A stretch of DNA of 64,000 nt from assembly GCA_043228905.1 (NCBI GenBank), contig JBHGNT010000007.1:868001-932000 (forward strand), in the 5' to 3' direction. Shown here in pieces: positions 1 through 11,860 of this stretch. Within the stretch, counting starts at the first letter, position 1; the number at the start of each line of letters is the position of its first letter. Below the pieces are notes generated by a model. It did no database searches and was not told the DNA's origin. It saw only the letters and a list, made by a program, of their open reading frames with translations. The stretch comes from Azolla caroliniana. Taxonomy: Eukaryota > Plantae > Polypodiophyta. The translations under genes were made by a program, and so were the position numbers.

Positions 1-172
1 AATATATGTAAAGAGATTGAATGAATAAAGTAGGCACCACAGTCTGCTCTTAGTTGAAGTGAGTATTAGTCACAAGTTTTGGATGTCAAACTTGATTGGC
101 CTAGTGGTTTTGTTTGTTTCTTTATGTATAAACTACTAATATAAAATTGTGTTATTTACATGTTGGCGTGGA

Positions 173-430
173 AATACCTCTACTTTTCCTCTTGACCCCT
201 TCAAAAACAAGAAAGAGTGAATTGTCTTAATTTTGGGGGGTGATTATACCTCTTCTTTTCCTCTTGATCCCTTGAGAAACAAGAAAGAGTGAATTGTCGT
301 AATTGTGAGGAGTGATTATACCTCTTCTTTTCCTCTTGATCCCTTGAGAAACAAGAAAGAGTGAATTGTCGTAATTTTGAGGAGTGATTATACCTCTTCT
401 TTTCCTTTCGACCCCTTGAGAAATAAACGG
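173..430. repeat. 72-bp tandem repeat (~3.5 copies)
   Basis: Unit tgattatacctcttcttttcctcttga...gaaacaagaaagagtgaattgtc recurs at 241, 313 and 385 (period 72). No unique spacers. Confidence 0.9.
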
Positions 431-1129
431 ATAAATTGAATCATGCAAGTACGTCCCAAGGTTTCCTCTTACTTGGCATGATATAGATTGGAGAGTGGTT
501 CTATTGGCATTTTAATAAAGTGAACAAAGTGTGGTCGAATATCGAATACCGCCAACCATACACAAAGTTAGGATGCTAGAGGTGCTTTCGTTGGCTATAG
601 TATAAAGTGAATAAACTGGCATCCAATATTATCTAACAGATGGTAGAATGCCCATGTGTGGACAATCCTTACGCTTATGTCAAGAATTTGAATATACCTC
701 TTTCTTCTCCTCAAGAAATGCATGTGTTACTTATGTTTTGGAGTAAATATATCATTTCTTTCCCTCTTCCTAGGTTTGAGAAACTAAGAGATTGAATCGT
801 GAGGGTAGGTCTAAGGGTTTCTTTGTACTTGGCCTGAGTAGCAATCACAAAGTTACAATGCGAGAGGTGGTTTTGTTGCCTATACTATAAAGTGAATAAA
901 CTAACATGTCCAATGTTGTCTAACAAATGGTAACATGAGTATCAATGGCAAGTTAAGTATGCCATACTAGATTAGCTTGGTGGTTTTCGTTGTTTGTTTA
1001 CTAGTAATGTGGAAACGTTGTTGATATCACTTAAAGAGTGAATATACCTCTCTCTTTTCCCTTGATGAACAAATTGTACTCCTTAATAATTGGAGTTCAT
1101 CTAGCTCAAAAGTCAATTGGGATACTAAC

Positions 1130-1460
1130 AAGTTAGCGTGAAAATACTACTTTTTTTCTCTTGACCCCTTAGAAATAAGAAAGAGGGAATTGTCTTAATT
1201 TTGGTGAGTGATGATATCTCTTCTTTTCCTCTTGACCCCTTGAGAAACAAGAAAGAGGGACTTCCTTTAGTTTTGGGGAGTGATTATACCTCTTCTTTTC
1301 CTCTTGGCCCTTTGAGAAATAAATCCAAGATTTGAATCATGCACGTATGTCCCAAGGTCTCCTCTTACTTGGCATGAGTATAAATCACAAAGTTTAGACT
1401 AGAGAGGTGGTTGGTTCTAGTGGCCATTCTATAAAGTGAACAGAGTGTGGTCGAATATCG
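1130..1460. repeat. Second diverged copy of the 72-bp array plus downstream flank (duplicate of ~160-545)
   Basis: Same unit plus shared flank ttgaatcatgca..gtcccaagg..cctcttacttggcatga and gtgtggtcgaatatcg. Likely part of a degenerate LTR or TE. Confidence 0.75.
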
Positions 1461-1760
1461 CCAACAACCCACAAAATGATTAGTAAACTACAAGAGTATC
1501 AATGACAAAGTAAGGATTGATGCAAGAGTACTAGATTGGCGACGTTGCATCAATCAATCGAGTATCACCCCCCATCTTACATCCATCGAAATATCCAATA
1601 TTCCAAATATGAAAGTTCTAAAAGAATTTCCATTTCTTTCACTCTTGTTACCTCCCTTCCCCTAAACCCTTCCTATTTATATGACTATTCTCATGTACAG
1701 TTTCTTGCACTTATGCCCTAACCCTCCGGTTTTGAATTAAATTCAAAATACACAAATGTT

Positions 1761-1796
<36 letters not shown>

Positions 1797-2825
1797 GTTG
1801 AATGTCTAGACATGCCTAGGGTTATGTATGTGTATATACATGTATTTGTATGTATGTAAGAATGTACGTATGTGTGTATATACATATATATATACATTAG
1901 ACAAAAATATATAACAATCAATTTTTGTAAGGCATATAAAGGAATCGTTGGATAGGTTTTCAAAAAAAATTGGATTGTATATGACGCAAGAATTAGAATA
2001 AGATTCCAGGAGTGTCGAGAGAAAATAGCTCAATTTTCTTGCAAAGTATTTAGTCCCTCCAATAGCCGAGATACTCTGAAAGAAAAATCAACTCAGGCAA
2101 AAATGCATGTTCGTCCCATGGATTTGTTTGTACGGTGTATGCATGTACAGATTTGAACCATTCGAACGAACTCTATTAAATTTTTTCATCTTCTTCGGTG
2201 ATTTGATTACCATCGTCGGCAGTCGGATTAAGAAAAAGAAAAGGAGATAAATAAATAAATAAAAACTCTTCTGAAATATAAGCTTTATATTGGATTGTTT
2301 TCATTTAGTCCTAGATCCGCCAAAAGAAAAACTTTGATTAGATCTCTTAGCATGACATACAAACAAAGAAATAAAATTGATTGGATCTCCCTACTTGTTG
2401 AGGTGTTGGGGCGCATGATGCTGCCAAATCGCCGGCACGGTGTGAACACGGGCACACTGATTGTCCTACCACATCCGAATCGCACTATCTAGTAACCCGT
2501 ATTACATATATCATTCTTCAATCATCAATAATAAGGTTTTGGAAAATAATAATAATAACCAAGGGAAAAAAATGAATATATAAAATATCAATAATATGTA
2601 GTAGAAGCATTTACTAAAGAATGTTACACGTTATATAAGGAATTTGTTTATACATTATAGTATGTATCTATATGCACATGGTTGGTGAGGGTTCAAGTCT
2701 CTACTGTTTTTACATGGTATACCAAGTAAAGGTGTTGTTATGGATGGGAATTCCACCAAGTCTCTACTGTTTTTGCATTGTTGACCTTTGACATTGATAA
2801 AATTCAGAGAACCCAAGTTTGATCT

Positions 2826-3810
2826 TCTCTTGTCCTTCGCAACATGCATGTAGGTGAGACAGCCGAACACCTTCAAATGCCGATAAGAGACGTCTTTACC
2901 GGTCCATACTCTTTGTGGTGTGTCTCCGTCCAAGGGCACTGAGGGTGATCTTTTTATCACATAGGTCGTTGTCATCAACACCTCAGCCCAAAACATCTTG
3001 GACAACTTAACATGTGCTAGCACGCTCCGAACTCTCTCCATCATAGTCTAGTTCATCGTTTTGGCCAATCCGTTCAACTTCGGCGTCTTCGACACGGTAA
3101 ATTCGAGCCAGATTCCTTTTGACCGGGAACACTCCTTGAACTACCCCCGGTATTCACCTTCGTTGTCTACTCGAACCGCCTTTAGCTTCTGGCTGATGAG
3201 CAATAGTTCTTCTTTGCTTGTCGGGATTGCCGACGTTCCTTTCCGATCCGAACTTCTCCGGTTCGGACCCTTCTTTGAGTCGGCATTGTCGGTTCCTTTC
3301 TCCTTCCGGAAGTGTGGGCAATTCTTTTGGAAGTGCCCCGTCTTTCCGCAATAAAAGCAAGTGCCTCCCCCTTGATTTCGACCTCATTCCTGATTTGGCC
3401 CGATTCTAGGGACTCCGATTCCGGCCTCTTCCCCGGTTATGGTCATCTTCCATGACCAAGGCCTTCGGATCAATTCCAAACTCCCAGTCCTTCCGGCAAG
3501 CTTCTTCATCCAGCAAGCATGATTTTACCCTTGCTAGAGACATTAGATGTTTTCCTTCCAGCGCGGGGTTGCCCAAAGTGACAACTAACGTCCCCCAATT
3601 ATCCGGGAGTGAACCGAGCAGCATCAAGGCAAGTACCTCGTCCACTAGAGGTACTTCCAACAAGGTTGTTTGATTTATAAGCCTCTGGAAGGCATTCATT
3701 TGCTCGGCAATACTGGTGGCGTCTTGATATTGGAGTCTCACTAACTTCTGGAATACGGAGACCTGATTCACAACATTTTTTCACTCGATCATGGTACCAA
3801 TTTCTCGCAG
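2826..3810 (-). mobile_element. Degenerate Ty1/copia fragment (gag with zinc knuckle, then deleted to integrase C-terminal part)
   Basis: ORF 3406-3771 is copia gag-like (LALMLLGSLPDNW.TLV). CFYCGKTGHFQKNC knuckle at ~3310-3360. ORF 2655-3044 contains FWAEVL...TPQRVWTGKDVSYRHLKVFGC (copia integrase). Confidence 0.85.
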
Positions 3811-4149
3811 AGCACATGAGCCTTACTCTCTTTATTAAAGTTGTTGTACAGGCTCATGTCGATGAAGCATCAAATGTATGCCGTCGTCTTCATATGCACC
3901 ACCTCCCAGTTCGCGGTGTCGTGATGTTTTCGACACATAGTGCGAAACCACTCTCAAAAGAGAATAAAATAGTAGTCCAAATAAACATATGTTGTTAAAT
4001 CAACTATAGTAATAAATGGAAGGATAGAAAGTTAGTAGCGGTTTTCGAAAGTAGACAAAAGTAGAGAAAAAGATGGGAAAAGAAAACCTAAGCGTGGATA
4101 TGAGGAGCAAGGTCGAGTAAAAAGCTCGTAATTTCCTCATCCAATGTCC

Positions 4150-4470
4150 AAATTCTATGCAGGACATCTTAATGATCATTATTCAGGTGTGGTATTAATC
4201 GTTCGGGATAAATATTATCCTCAAGTGGTGCATAATGATCCTTATGATCAGTTTTCGGTTCTAGAAATCACTTTTTTTGGCGAGGTTGTGTGGATGGTTG
4301 GGATTTATGCCCCTAACCAAGCCACACAACCTATTGCATTATGGGGCCCACTCCGTCAAACCCTATCTGTGGGTCGTCCAGGATTACTTATGGGTGATTT
4401 TAACATGTGTGTTGATGCATCTCAATCTACATCTGAACATTCAATCATGGATGATCCTGAGCAAGTATCA
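4150..4470 (+). mobile_element. LINE ORF2 endonuclease (EEP) fragment
   Basis: SGVVLIV, VGIYAPN and LMGDFN motifs of the L1-type AP endonuclease. The element resumes at ~6210 after a gypsy fragment. Confidence 0.8.
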
Positions 4471-6210
4471 CAAGTCCGAACAAAATCTTCGACAAATTGT
4501 CGCATACGGGGCCACCAGAATGATCATTGTACTAAATCTAATGTTTTAGTACTACCAAAATGCCCAGCTGTATATGTGTCATGACAGTTTTGTACTACTT
4601 GAAGGCGGCAAGAACCATTAGGAACATACAAAAGTTCTTTAAAGAAGAGTAATCCATCATGGTATTTGAATTGCCGATAGTCCGTACCTCGTGGTTGCAA
4701 CTGTGAACACGACGCTCGAGAGAGATCAATTTGTGCTAGTATAGCTTGGGCAAAAGCATCTGTCTTCAGGTTCGCACGTATGATATTGATAATGTGGGAA
4801 TCCATGGGTATGCCAAAGACCTGTGTTGCTTGTAGTCGTGCCGGTCCCAAGATTACTTGCTTTTGGTTATCCAAAGCTAGCTCGCCGGGACGCGGTGCTA
4901 GGTATGAACGTCGTGATAATGCATCTGCTTTCCCTTGATGCTTCCCACGTCTATATGTAATCTTGAAGTCGAAACGCATGAGAAAATGGGCCCACCGAGC
5001 TTGACGTCGATTTAACACATGAGCGTCTTGAAAATAGGTGAGGTTTTTGTGGTCACTGAATACAGTGACTTGATGAGAAGATCCCTCTAGAAAATGCATC
5101 CATTGCATAAAAGAGTCCACTATAGCCAATAGCTCTTTATCATGAATTTCGTAGTTGATTTCGGTGGCGTCAAACTTGCATGAGTGAAAAGCCACAGGAT
5201 GTAGCTTTTCATCATTACCTCGTTGTGATAGAATGCTCCCCAATGCAAAATCTGATGCATCCGCTTCGATGATGAATGGTTTTTCTGGATCAATGTGAGC
5301 TAGAATCGGAGCCGATGTAAATGCCTATTTAAGATTCTCAAAAGCCATGTCCGCTTCTTCAGACCAAACAAACGATTGTCCCTTCTTAGTAAGTTGTGTA
5401 AGAGGCAAAACGAGCTTTGAGTAATCCTTTATAAACTTCCGGTAAAAATAGGCAAAGCCTAGAAAGCATTGCACATCCCGCACCGAACGCGGAGTTTGCC
5501 ATTCTACCACCGTTTTGACCTTAGCTGGGTCCATGGAGATGCCTTCTGAGGAAATGACGTAGCCGAGAAATTCCACCTAGTTGCACCCGAAACTACATTT
5601 TTCCAGCTTTGCATAAAGACCATGTTCTCGAAGTCGTTTAAGTACTAACAATACATAAGAATCCATCTTGGACCGACCCATGTTGCAGATCTTTCAAATG
5701 CAAAGTTTCTGGGCGACCTTTTCAACACATCTAAACTTGCAATATGTGAGATCTTTTGGGGGCTGAAGTTTCAAAACATCAACAATCACAATGTAATAGG
5801 CTTAGCTGGCAAGAATATCTACATTTTCACGAGATTATAAAAAGTCTGTGTATATCATGATATTTCTTTCTTTCTTTATACAGATAATGCCTCCCTCCAG
5901 ATATAGCACCAGCCCCTACCTGATTCTGGTTTCATCCAAGAGATCTCGGAAAATATCATTTGCCATGTGCTGGAAGACTGTTGGCGCATTAGTGAGGCCG
6001 AACGGCATGACCATATACTCGAAGTGCCCATATCTGGTGCGGAACGCGGTCTTCCATTCATCTCCTGGTCGGATGCATACGAGGTTATAGGCTCCCCCCC
6101 GTAAGTCGATCTTCGTGAAGAACCTAGCACCATTGATCCGTTCTAAAAGACTTGAGATAAGGGGGAGTGCATACCTATTTCGGATTGTAACCTTATTCAA
6201 ACCACGGTAA
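4459..6210 (-). mobile_element. Ty3/gypsy (Tcn1-like) pol fragment (RT-RNaseH-integrase Zn finger), no LTRs
   Basis: [57 protein letters not shown]. Closely similar to the intact element at 46848-52633. Frameshifts and stops present. Confidence 0.9.
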
Positions 6211-9178
6211 ATTTTTCACAAGAAGTGAATCTTAAAGGAGTTAAAGCATGGGAAATCACATTACGAAACATTAAGATCATTCATCGTATGTATGGAGTAA
6301 CTAATGTTCAATGAAGAAGAGGTCTTCTTCGACGATTCTCACAAATTCTCTCTAGGTATAATGCATTATTAATACATGCACCATTAGATGAGGAGTTTTT
6401 GGATATCCAAAGTCAATTACATGTTATTATTTCTCAGTTGCAATGCCAAAGTTATCGTCATGCGAAGATGCAACAGTTGAGGGATGGACTCATAAATAAT
6501 CCATGTCAATCTCATTTGTTTTTCCACGCGTTACATCCTACTTATACTCGATCTAATGTGGTACATGTGAAGCAAGGGGATAAATGGATAGTGGATCCTA
6601 CTACAATAATTGACATATGTGTTCATTACTTTAAGGAGTTGATTGACCCACAATTGTTAATGACAAATGAGGTGAGTAGAGCACGTCATGAGTTTTATGA
6701 TGTAGTTGGATGTATTGTGCATCACCTCATTAGTCATGAATTGGATGCGGATTTCACTGAGGATGAGGTGGAGAAAGTTTTAAGGCATCTTCCTAGTGGT
6801 AAGAGCCCCGGTTGGGATGGCTTGACAAATGAAGTTTTTAAGTGATATTCAAACATTTTAAAGAGACCCTTAACTTTGATGTTTCAACATTCCTGGGATT
6901 CTGGTCGTATGCTTCAAGCTAGCAAGGTTGGTCTAATTAAATTAGTTCCAAAGGTGGCATATCCAGAGTCATTTAATCAATGGAGACCTATTTCTTTGAT
7001 GGGGGGGTTGTATAAGACATTTACAAAGGTCTTGGCAAATAGATTACAAAAGTATTTGCCAAAGTTGATACATTCCGCCCAATATGGTTTATTGCAGGTA
7101 GGAATATATTGCATAATGTGTTGAATGTTCAAACGGCCATCGATTATGCTCAAAACACTCATCAAGTTGATTATGGTGCAATTAGATTTGGAGAAAGCTT
7201 ATGATCATGTTAATTGGTCCTTTGTTTTTGTGTTAATGCATACAATGGGCTTTGGACCTCATATGTCTCGCCTCATATTTTTATTAGGACAAGATGCGGT
7301 GTCTCAAATAATGCTTAATGGGAGAGTTACATCATATATTGCCCTCACAAGATCCATGCATCAAGGATGCCCTATTAGTCCATTGTTGTTTGCTATTGTT
7401 ACTCATCCCTTGTTAGTGATATTATCCAGGCTTGCAACAAATGGTGATATTGCGGGCCTACACTTTCCGTCTTGAGGGCAACTAGTAGCACAAGCTTTGG
7501 TTGATGATTCTTTCATGTTTCTACAAGCCTCACGAGAGAATCTTGAGAAAGGGATGCTTGTATGGAACCAATTCGCATTAGCTTCCAGATTACATATTAA
7601 TTGGAGGAAGTCTAGTCTCATATCATGTACTAAAAGGGATTTGGAATGTTTAGTATGGCAAGGATCCATGGTCAAGAAAGGCTCTATTTTTCGACACTTG
7701 GCCTATCCATTAGGAATGAATGTTACAAATGGTCAATTGATTGAATGGATTTCTAGTAAGTTGAGGGATAAGTTCATGTATTGGAAGTCACAATCTTGAC
7801 CATTTCATGTATGTTTGAAGGTTGTACAATGTATTATGGAACCCATGATATTATATTACTTGCCATTGTTGCCATGGACAAAGAAGGAATTGCATTCTAT
7901 TTTGCAACCTCTTCAATATTTGTTGTGGAAGAAGAGGGGTAAGATGGGAATCACTTGGGTTGCATGGAATCATCTAATAAACCCCTAAGTGCTTGGGGGG
8001 AACTAGAATATTGAACTTATCTAAGCATATGATGGCTCGTAGATTTTCATTATTACAAGATATGTGTTCAAACTCACAACCATGGATATTTATTGTTCAA
8101 TATTTCATTGAGAACAAGGGTTTAACACATGGGAGGACAAAGATTAAGGCTTCATGGTGGCAATTACTGAATGGATGTATTTCACTTAGGATTCCAGGCT
8201 CTAAATGTGTTCAACACTTGGTTACCTCATGGCAAGAAGCACTCTTGTTATGTGTATGGAAACCATCATGTAGTAGAGAGCATTGTAATTCTTTGCAAAA
8301 AGAGTTGCTTCTATCTTCTCAGTGTTTATGTTGGCCAAGAAAGGAGAGATTGCGCGCTCAATTTAATCGTTTGTTTCATTTGGGGGTCAAAGAGGTATGA
8401 GATATAGTTGAGGCTCCATCTCAAAGAATTTTGGAGTTTGCTGAAGCACGACAATTATTACGCATTTCGCCTAATTATGGGTTTATTTGACAACAACTAG
8501 AAAATATTGCATTGATGCAAGGTCACTTACCTCTACAAATAGGAGAACAATCTTGGCTTGATTGGTGTTTAAAGGGTCAAACATCATTGTTACAAGTGAC
8601 TACTAGTATTTTGTATCATTGCTCTTTTGTGTCTCTTGGATGGTTATCATCTAAGGCAGATCTTACACAAATCTGATCATGGGTGGTGGCAGGTCTTACA
8701 ACGTAGTTGGCATTCTAAATTGCCACTTGTAGCAAAGGTTTTCATTTGGACAGTTTTGATTGGAAGTTTGTCTTTGGGATTAGCTCTAAAGCGTCGTGGA
8801 TTAGCAACAGGTAATTGTTTCTTTTGCACTGTTGAAATGGAAGATAGTCCAATTGCTTGTCAGATTTGGAGTTACATTTCTCCAATTTGGCGAGTTTTAT
8901 CACGATGTTATTTGACACCTAGACAATGGGTGTTTGCACAATTTACACAAGTTGATCCAAAATCAGAGATGGAGATCGTTTTTCTATTTCTGAGATATTG
9001 GGGATTGCGTCATAATTGGAATATGCGCATTGCTTTTGTATTCGACGGTAGACATGGAGTGAAAGAATATCTACGAAAGTTGAAGGGAGTACTAATGTGG
9101 CAATTTTCTTTATTGGAGAAAGTGGAAATTCTTTCCTCGATGGAGTGTTTGTCTTGCCTATTGGAAATCCACTACCCA
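6210..9178 (+). mobile_element. Degenerate L1-type LINE ORF2 (RT and C-terminal zinc-binding region)
   Basis: KSPGWDGL, WRPISL, KVLANRLQ, LDLEKAYDHV, QGCPISPLLF, DDS and a C-terminal KVFIW...CFFC zf-RVT-like motif. Multiple stops and frameshifts. Confidence 0.9.
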
Positions 9179-9518
9179 TGTAGTGTAGTTAGTGGGTGAC
9201 CATACTCGGTTCCCAGTCCGACAGCACCTCCTTCCCCTCAAAACACGTAGTCCCCATTTCAGCCTTCTCCCCCTCCCTTTTATAGGTTGCTAGGGAGCAA
9301 CTGTCACATCCTGCTTTCATCCTCTTTATTCTCTATCCCTTTGGGGCAGAGATACACTTCGATTTTCTAGTTAATAAATATATTCTTCCTAGTATATTTA
9401 CATTGCGTCGACCTACTCCTAGTCATGTACAAAGTTATTAATGTACGCGTCCCCATGTAAAGGTCGGTTCACCCGCTTCATCCTCCAATTCCTCTTAAGG
9501 CCGGTTTTCTTCACGACA
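9179..9518 (-). mobile_element. Probable solo LTR (340 bp)
   Basis: Termini TGTAGTG...CACGACA form an imperfect inverted repeat. TATA (cctataaaa) on the minus strand. No clean TSD. Confidence 0.6.
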
Positions 9519-9524
9519 CCATTG

Positions 9525-9880
9525 TTGTTTGAGACCTCAACAATGGTTTTTTTCTCAATATGTTCAAAATGGATCAAATGATGAGATGGAGATATTGTTC
9601 CAATATTTACGTTATTGGGGTCTACAACACAATTGGAATATGCGTAATGCTTTCGTATTTGATAATAGACATGGGGTGAAAGCCTATATAAAGAAGCTTA
9701 AAGGTATTCTCATGTGGAATTTTTGGATGTTAGAGCATGTGGGGATCATTTCCGCAAATGCATATTCAAGGTTTTTAGTAGCATTACAGAACATCCCTCT
9801 CCCTACATAGGCATATGATAGGTAGAGGAGACTAAGAAGTGTTGTAACTAAGTGGATTTTACATACAATTAATATAATTG
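9525..9880 (+). mobile_element. Second LINE 3' end fragment
   Basis: PQQWFFSQ...EMEILFQYLRYWGLQHNWNMRNAFVFD parallels PRQWVFAQ...EMEIVFLFLRYWGLRHNWNMRIAFVFD at ~8920-9045. Confidence 0.8.
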
Positions 9881-9888
9881 TGTGCTTT

Positions 9889-10299
9889 TGTTGGGAGACA
9901 GGTCCCTCCGGATGGGAAGGGAGAAGAACAGTGCCGACGAACAAACTCGGCCGAGGCCGATAGGCCCGGTGTGAACCGGATGAGGAGTACCCGGCTACGG
10001 AGAGCCGAATGATACAGGCCCAGTGTGAACCGGATGAGGAGTACCCGGCTACGGAGAGCCGGATGATACAGGCCCGGTTTGAACCGGATGAGTAGTACCC
10101 GGCTACGGAGAGCCGGATGATACAGGCCCGGTGTGAACCGGATGAGGAGACATATTCGTAAATATGTTTCTGAGAGCCCATCGAGGCTATATTTGTAAAT
10201 AGCCGAAAAGTCATATTAGTATAAATATGACTTAGGGCAAACTTTTAGTATGTTGTTGTCAATTTCTGTCTTGCACGAAATCAGAGTGTGTAACTGTAC

Positions 10300-10330
<31 letters not shown>

Positions 10331-10620
10331 GGTCGTTGCCTCTGTTGTAACCGCCGCTTGTGGTGAAGATCGTGAGCACGAGGTCGTTGCCTCCGTGGAC
10401 TCACTGTTTTGTACATTCTTACATAGTGACAGTTTGCAGCCTGTGGACTGTCGTGGTTTTTCCCCTAGTTTGGGGTTTTCCACGTAAACCTCCTGTGTAG
10501 TGTGTGTATATCTTCCTCTCCTTTGTGTCGTGTTTTACTTCCCGTTTTCTGTGTATCATTCTACGCTCGGTTGTGGCCGAGCGTCGTGCATAAGGAACGT
10601 TAAGTTCCCGTCAGCTTTTA
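9889..10620 (+). mobile_element. Copia-type LTR (solo or truncated) with internal 54-bp tandem repeat
   Basis: Starts TGTTGGGAGACAGGTCCCTCC. About 3.5 copies of a 54-bp unit at ~9960-10150. The gtggtttttccc...ggttttccac motif is shared with the LTR at 41237-42017. Confidence 0.7.
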
Positions 10621-11289
10621 CCTAGAGAGAGAGAGAGAGAGAGAGAGAAGCATTGAGAATCCTTTGTTTCAAATAGTTGTTTGGTCATGTGGGGTCAAAA
10701 ATGCTTTTCCAAACTTCAAAATTGTCTTTCAATATCCACCTAATTTGCACATACAAAATGCCTTTTTTATGCTCAATATGGGGTTCAAAGACACATTCGA
10801 GGATTAAACGGCATAGTGGTATAAGAGTTCTCCTTGTTAGAAACTTCAGGCAATCACATTGTAAGATCATTAATATGACACAACACCTTTATTGTATGAG
10901 CCACCACATTGAAAATGGGATTTGTACTAAACCAAGATACACCATAATTGGCTTACAAAAAACCCTCCCTCATGTTAATATTTAAGGTACAAATGTTTTT
11001 GTCAAAATTTTAGGGCACAAAATCCATGTGAAGATAGATAGATAGATGTTAGGACCATGGTGAAGATCAAATTGAGGTTCTCTCAATTTTACCATCCTCA
11101 AAGGTCAACTATGACTATGGAACCAAAGTAAAATATTATCAAACAACATGTGTAGAGCCAATTGATATCTAAGTTAAATAATGAACATTAATTCTTAGTT
11201 TTCACTCAATTATGTTCTCTATAAATTTGTACTTTCAATCAAGAATGTATAATCTCATGTCTCTGGTCACCTCCTCTTGTGTATTGAGA

Positions 11290-11840
11290 GCAATTTCGCG
11301 TGTCTAAGATGGCAAGGATCTATAGTTGGAAAAGGTTCTATTTTTCGACGTTAGGGGTATTATCCATAATCATGCACATTTTATGTGTTTACACTCACAA
11401 CCATGGATATCTATTCTGCAATACTTTATTGATGAGGTTTCAATGTGTGGGAAGGTGACAATAAAGAAGTCATAATAGAAGTTATTTAAAGGAAATATTC
11501 GAGTTAAAATTCCTCATTCTTCATGTGCTCAAAAATTAGTTCTCATTGGTCCCATTATCTAATAAAAAACATTATATAATTCCTTGTAAGAATTACACAT
11601 GTGACTTCTAAATTCCTTGTCTCAGTTTAAATTCCTCTTTATTTGTATGGGCCCATTATCTATTATAGAGCATTGTAATTCCTAATTACTAATGTCTTTT
11701 CCATGTGGAACTTAAAATCCCTCGTGTCTTCTAAATTATTATGCTATCATGGAAATTGAAGAGGAACCATAAGTTGATTGATGTTTATAGGGTTAGACTT
11801 AGTTTTTACAAGTGACTACTAAATATCTAGTACCATTTCT
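11290..11840 (+). mobile_element. Highly degraded LINE remnant
   Basis: atggcaaggatc..aaaggttctatttttcgac and actcacaaccatggatat match the LINE at ~7655 and ~8073. Confidence 0.6.
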
Positions 11841-11860
11841 TCATTGAGTCTCCATTACTC

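Noticed and set aside
173-430. CRISPR-like appearance of the 72-bp repeats
   Set aside because: Units are contiguous with no unique spacers, there are no cas genes, and the context is eukaryotic.
2430-2500. Possible Helitron 3' end (GC-rich tract then CTAGT)
   Set aside because: No convincing hairpin at the right distance and no 5' end or Rep/helicase sequence.
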